A DNA stretch of 64,000 nucleotides from Chara braunii. Its lineage: Eukaryota; Plantae; Charophyceae. The translations under genes and the position numbers were made by a program. The notes beneath the pieces were generated by a model. That model was not told the origin of the DNA, ran no database searches, and was given only the letters and a program-made list of their open reading frames with translations. Of this stretch, positions 62,252 through 64,000 are shown piece by piece (position 1 is the stretch's first letter; each line of letters opens with the position of its first letter). Location: assembly GCA_003427395.1 (NCBI GenBank), contig BFEA01000036.1:111871-175870 (forward strand), written 5' to 3'.

Positions 62252-63062
62252 GTCTTGCTTCTCTATCTGATGTGGCTCACTCTGCCTCACTCCGCTCTCC
62301 AGTCTCGATCGTCGCCCTGGATGCACCCACTTAGGTAAGCTTTACCTTTGCGGCTATGGCCGCCCACCTCCAGCGCTACCTCTAGCCTGGCTATGGAGTA
62401 TCTGAGAAGCGTCCTCTTCAAGTTGCCTCAAGGCCCCTTCGCATCTGGTAACTTGGCGAATGATGAGCCACTGCAATGTAGCAGCTAAATATAGGACTTG
62501 GCTTGGCTTGGCTTGCCTTGGCCTGCTTCAGACCTCTACCAGCTGTCTGTTGCAAACATTTTGTTGGTCCGGTACCTTCTGGACTTTTTGGGATATGATG
62601 CAAATTCGACTTGGGACTGCTGGACTGGACTCTTCATAACTTTTCTTGTCGAGTACTAGATAAATTTCTACGGATGCTACCACGCTTCGGTACCGACACC
62701 TACTGACCTCTGACAGTTCGGCTTCTAGACCCTTCGGCCAACCCTATGGGATGACCCTGAGGTTGGGACTTGTCAGGACGGAGACTGTATGTCTGCGGCG
62801 TGAATCCTTTCATTGTTTGTATTTAAATTAAATGTTAAACATCTCTCTCTCAAATCTGTCGGTTGTCTGTCCACTATTCTCCTCAGTAGTAAACAAATCC
62901 GTTGTGACGTTTGTTATCATTATAACTTTTATCCGACTTTATCATCATTTTTTTAACGTAACAAAAATCACTGGCGGTTTAGATACCTTCTGTCTTGATC
63001 GTTTATGTTCTGTGTTTGTGACCTCTTTGTGTTGTCTGGTTGTGAGGGCGACAATGGACAAA

Positions 63063-63155
63063 TGGATTTGCAGGTATATAATTGTCAGGATGTCCCAATA
63101 CGTTAGGTGCATAAAAAACAAAAATGGACAAAAATATTGCAAAGGCTACCCAACC
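63063..63155 (-). pseudogene. cob: Mitochondrial cytochrome b fragment (NUMT)
   Basis: [31 protein letters not shown]. Confidence 0.92.
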
Positions 63156-63644
63156 TGTTGGGTTGATTGTTCGCCATGCACTAGAAAGGACACGATGTAT
63201 CTCCACTTTTTATGATGTAGGTGGATAGTATATGTACCAGACAGCCGCCCCTCGAAAATCTCGGCGTATCTGTTTCATACGCAATATAAAGCGATTTGTC
63301 AAGATAGAGCTCTTCCTAACCAAATACGGCCGGAAAAGGACAAGTGAGGGGATATCGATCGCTAGCACAAACTACCCAGGAGTTGTTTTACAAATATTAG
63401 ATTCGACTCAATTGAAATCCAAAAATAAATAGAATAAAACCTTTTTGAAGTTTCAATAAAATGAGGGTTTTATTTATTTTATTTATTAGTATNAAAATAA
63501 AAANTTTCTTTTAATNAATAGTATATCTATTCTTTGTTTCATTCATAATGAATAACATAATTTTTCGAAAATCAATTAATATAAAATATAAAAATAAAAT
63601 ATTGATGAATAGAAAATATAGAATTGTTTATTATTGAACATAAA

Positions 63645-63724
63645 TGCCGTCACTCGGATTCGAACCGAGATGCGTAAGCACTGCTTCCTAAGAGCAACGT
63701 GTATACCAATTTCACCATGACGGC
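63645..63724 (-). tRNA. trnL-UAG: Plastid-type tRNA-Leu(UAG) inside a NUPT
   Basis: GCCGTCATGGTGAAATTGGTATACACGTTGCTCTTAGGAAGCAGTGCTTACGCATCTCGGTTCGAATCCGAGTGACGGCA. Full cloverleaf, TAG anticodon, close to plastid trnL-UAG. Confidence 0.92.
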
Positions 63725-63746
63725 TTATATGTATTATATAATATAT

Positions 63747-63836
63747 TCAGAACGTCAACTACTTAAGTATGTAACTATCGCCAGAAATGCTAAAGGCCCA
63801 ACAGGCCAAGTACTTTTGCAATTACTTGAAATGCGT
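63747..63836 (+). pseudogene. rps4: Plastid rps4 fragment (NUPT)
   Basis: [30 protein letters not shown]. Confidence 0.9.
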
Positions 63837-64000
63837 CAACTACTACTCCTTTGCGGCTCCCCTGGCGGGCCTGAGTCGTATTATACACTTATTGTGGTCT
63901 TCATGTGGTCTTACGTTATCAACTAAATACAAACTTAGGTCTTTGAGAAAAACAGTGTATCGGTTGGGCAAGGATCTCAAGTGCCCAGAAACGGGTACAA

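Noticed and set aside
60400-62830. Possible further LTR-retrotransposon remnant (gag/protease/LTR-like)
   Set aside because: Too degraded to support a domain call or boundaries from sequence alone.
63645-63724. tRNA-Leu as a functional nuclear tRNA gene
   Set aside because: The sequence is plastid-type and embedded among organellar fragments, so a NUPT is more likely.

Overview
Eukaryotic nuclear DNA from a repeat-rich, long-intron streptophyte genome. A charophyte alga such as Chara is inferred from the plant-type genes and the repeat content; this is not proven. Two host genes are supported, both on the + strand. The first is the 3' part of TRS120/TRAPPC9 (exons 9865-9924, 13810-16667, 18117-18382). 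The second is a complete five-exon RPL18 (47295-53377, 187 aa). Most of the rest is mobile DNA: (1) a decayed chromovirus (Ty3/Gypsy) with both LTRs, PBS and PPT, inserted in a (GT)n tract; (2) two unrelated Penelope-like elements, one a partial tandem with a 7.55 kb unit, N-terminal GIY-YIG + RT, an upstream CCHC/SAP-like ORF and a minimal type I hammerhead in its terminal repeat; (3) an L1 fragment, a tRNA-derived SINE, an 8-bp-TSD MITE family, a TTAA-flanked element and degraded Gypsy remnants; (4) two mosaic organellar insertions (rpoB; cob, trnL-UAG, rps4). The most notable signal is a family of at least six type III hammerhead ribozymes with covarying stems. Four lie antisense in one TRS120 intron and two lie in a direct-repeat pair with a ~510-nt period, a candidate non-coding retrozyme/circular-RNA system. 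Assembly artefacts are present: a Nextera mate-pair junction adapter, a duplicated consensus segment and two N gaps.
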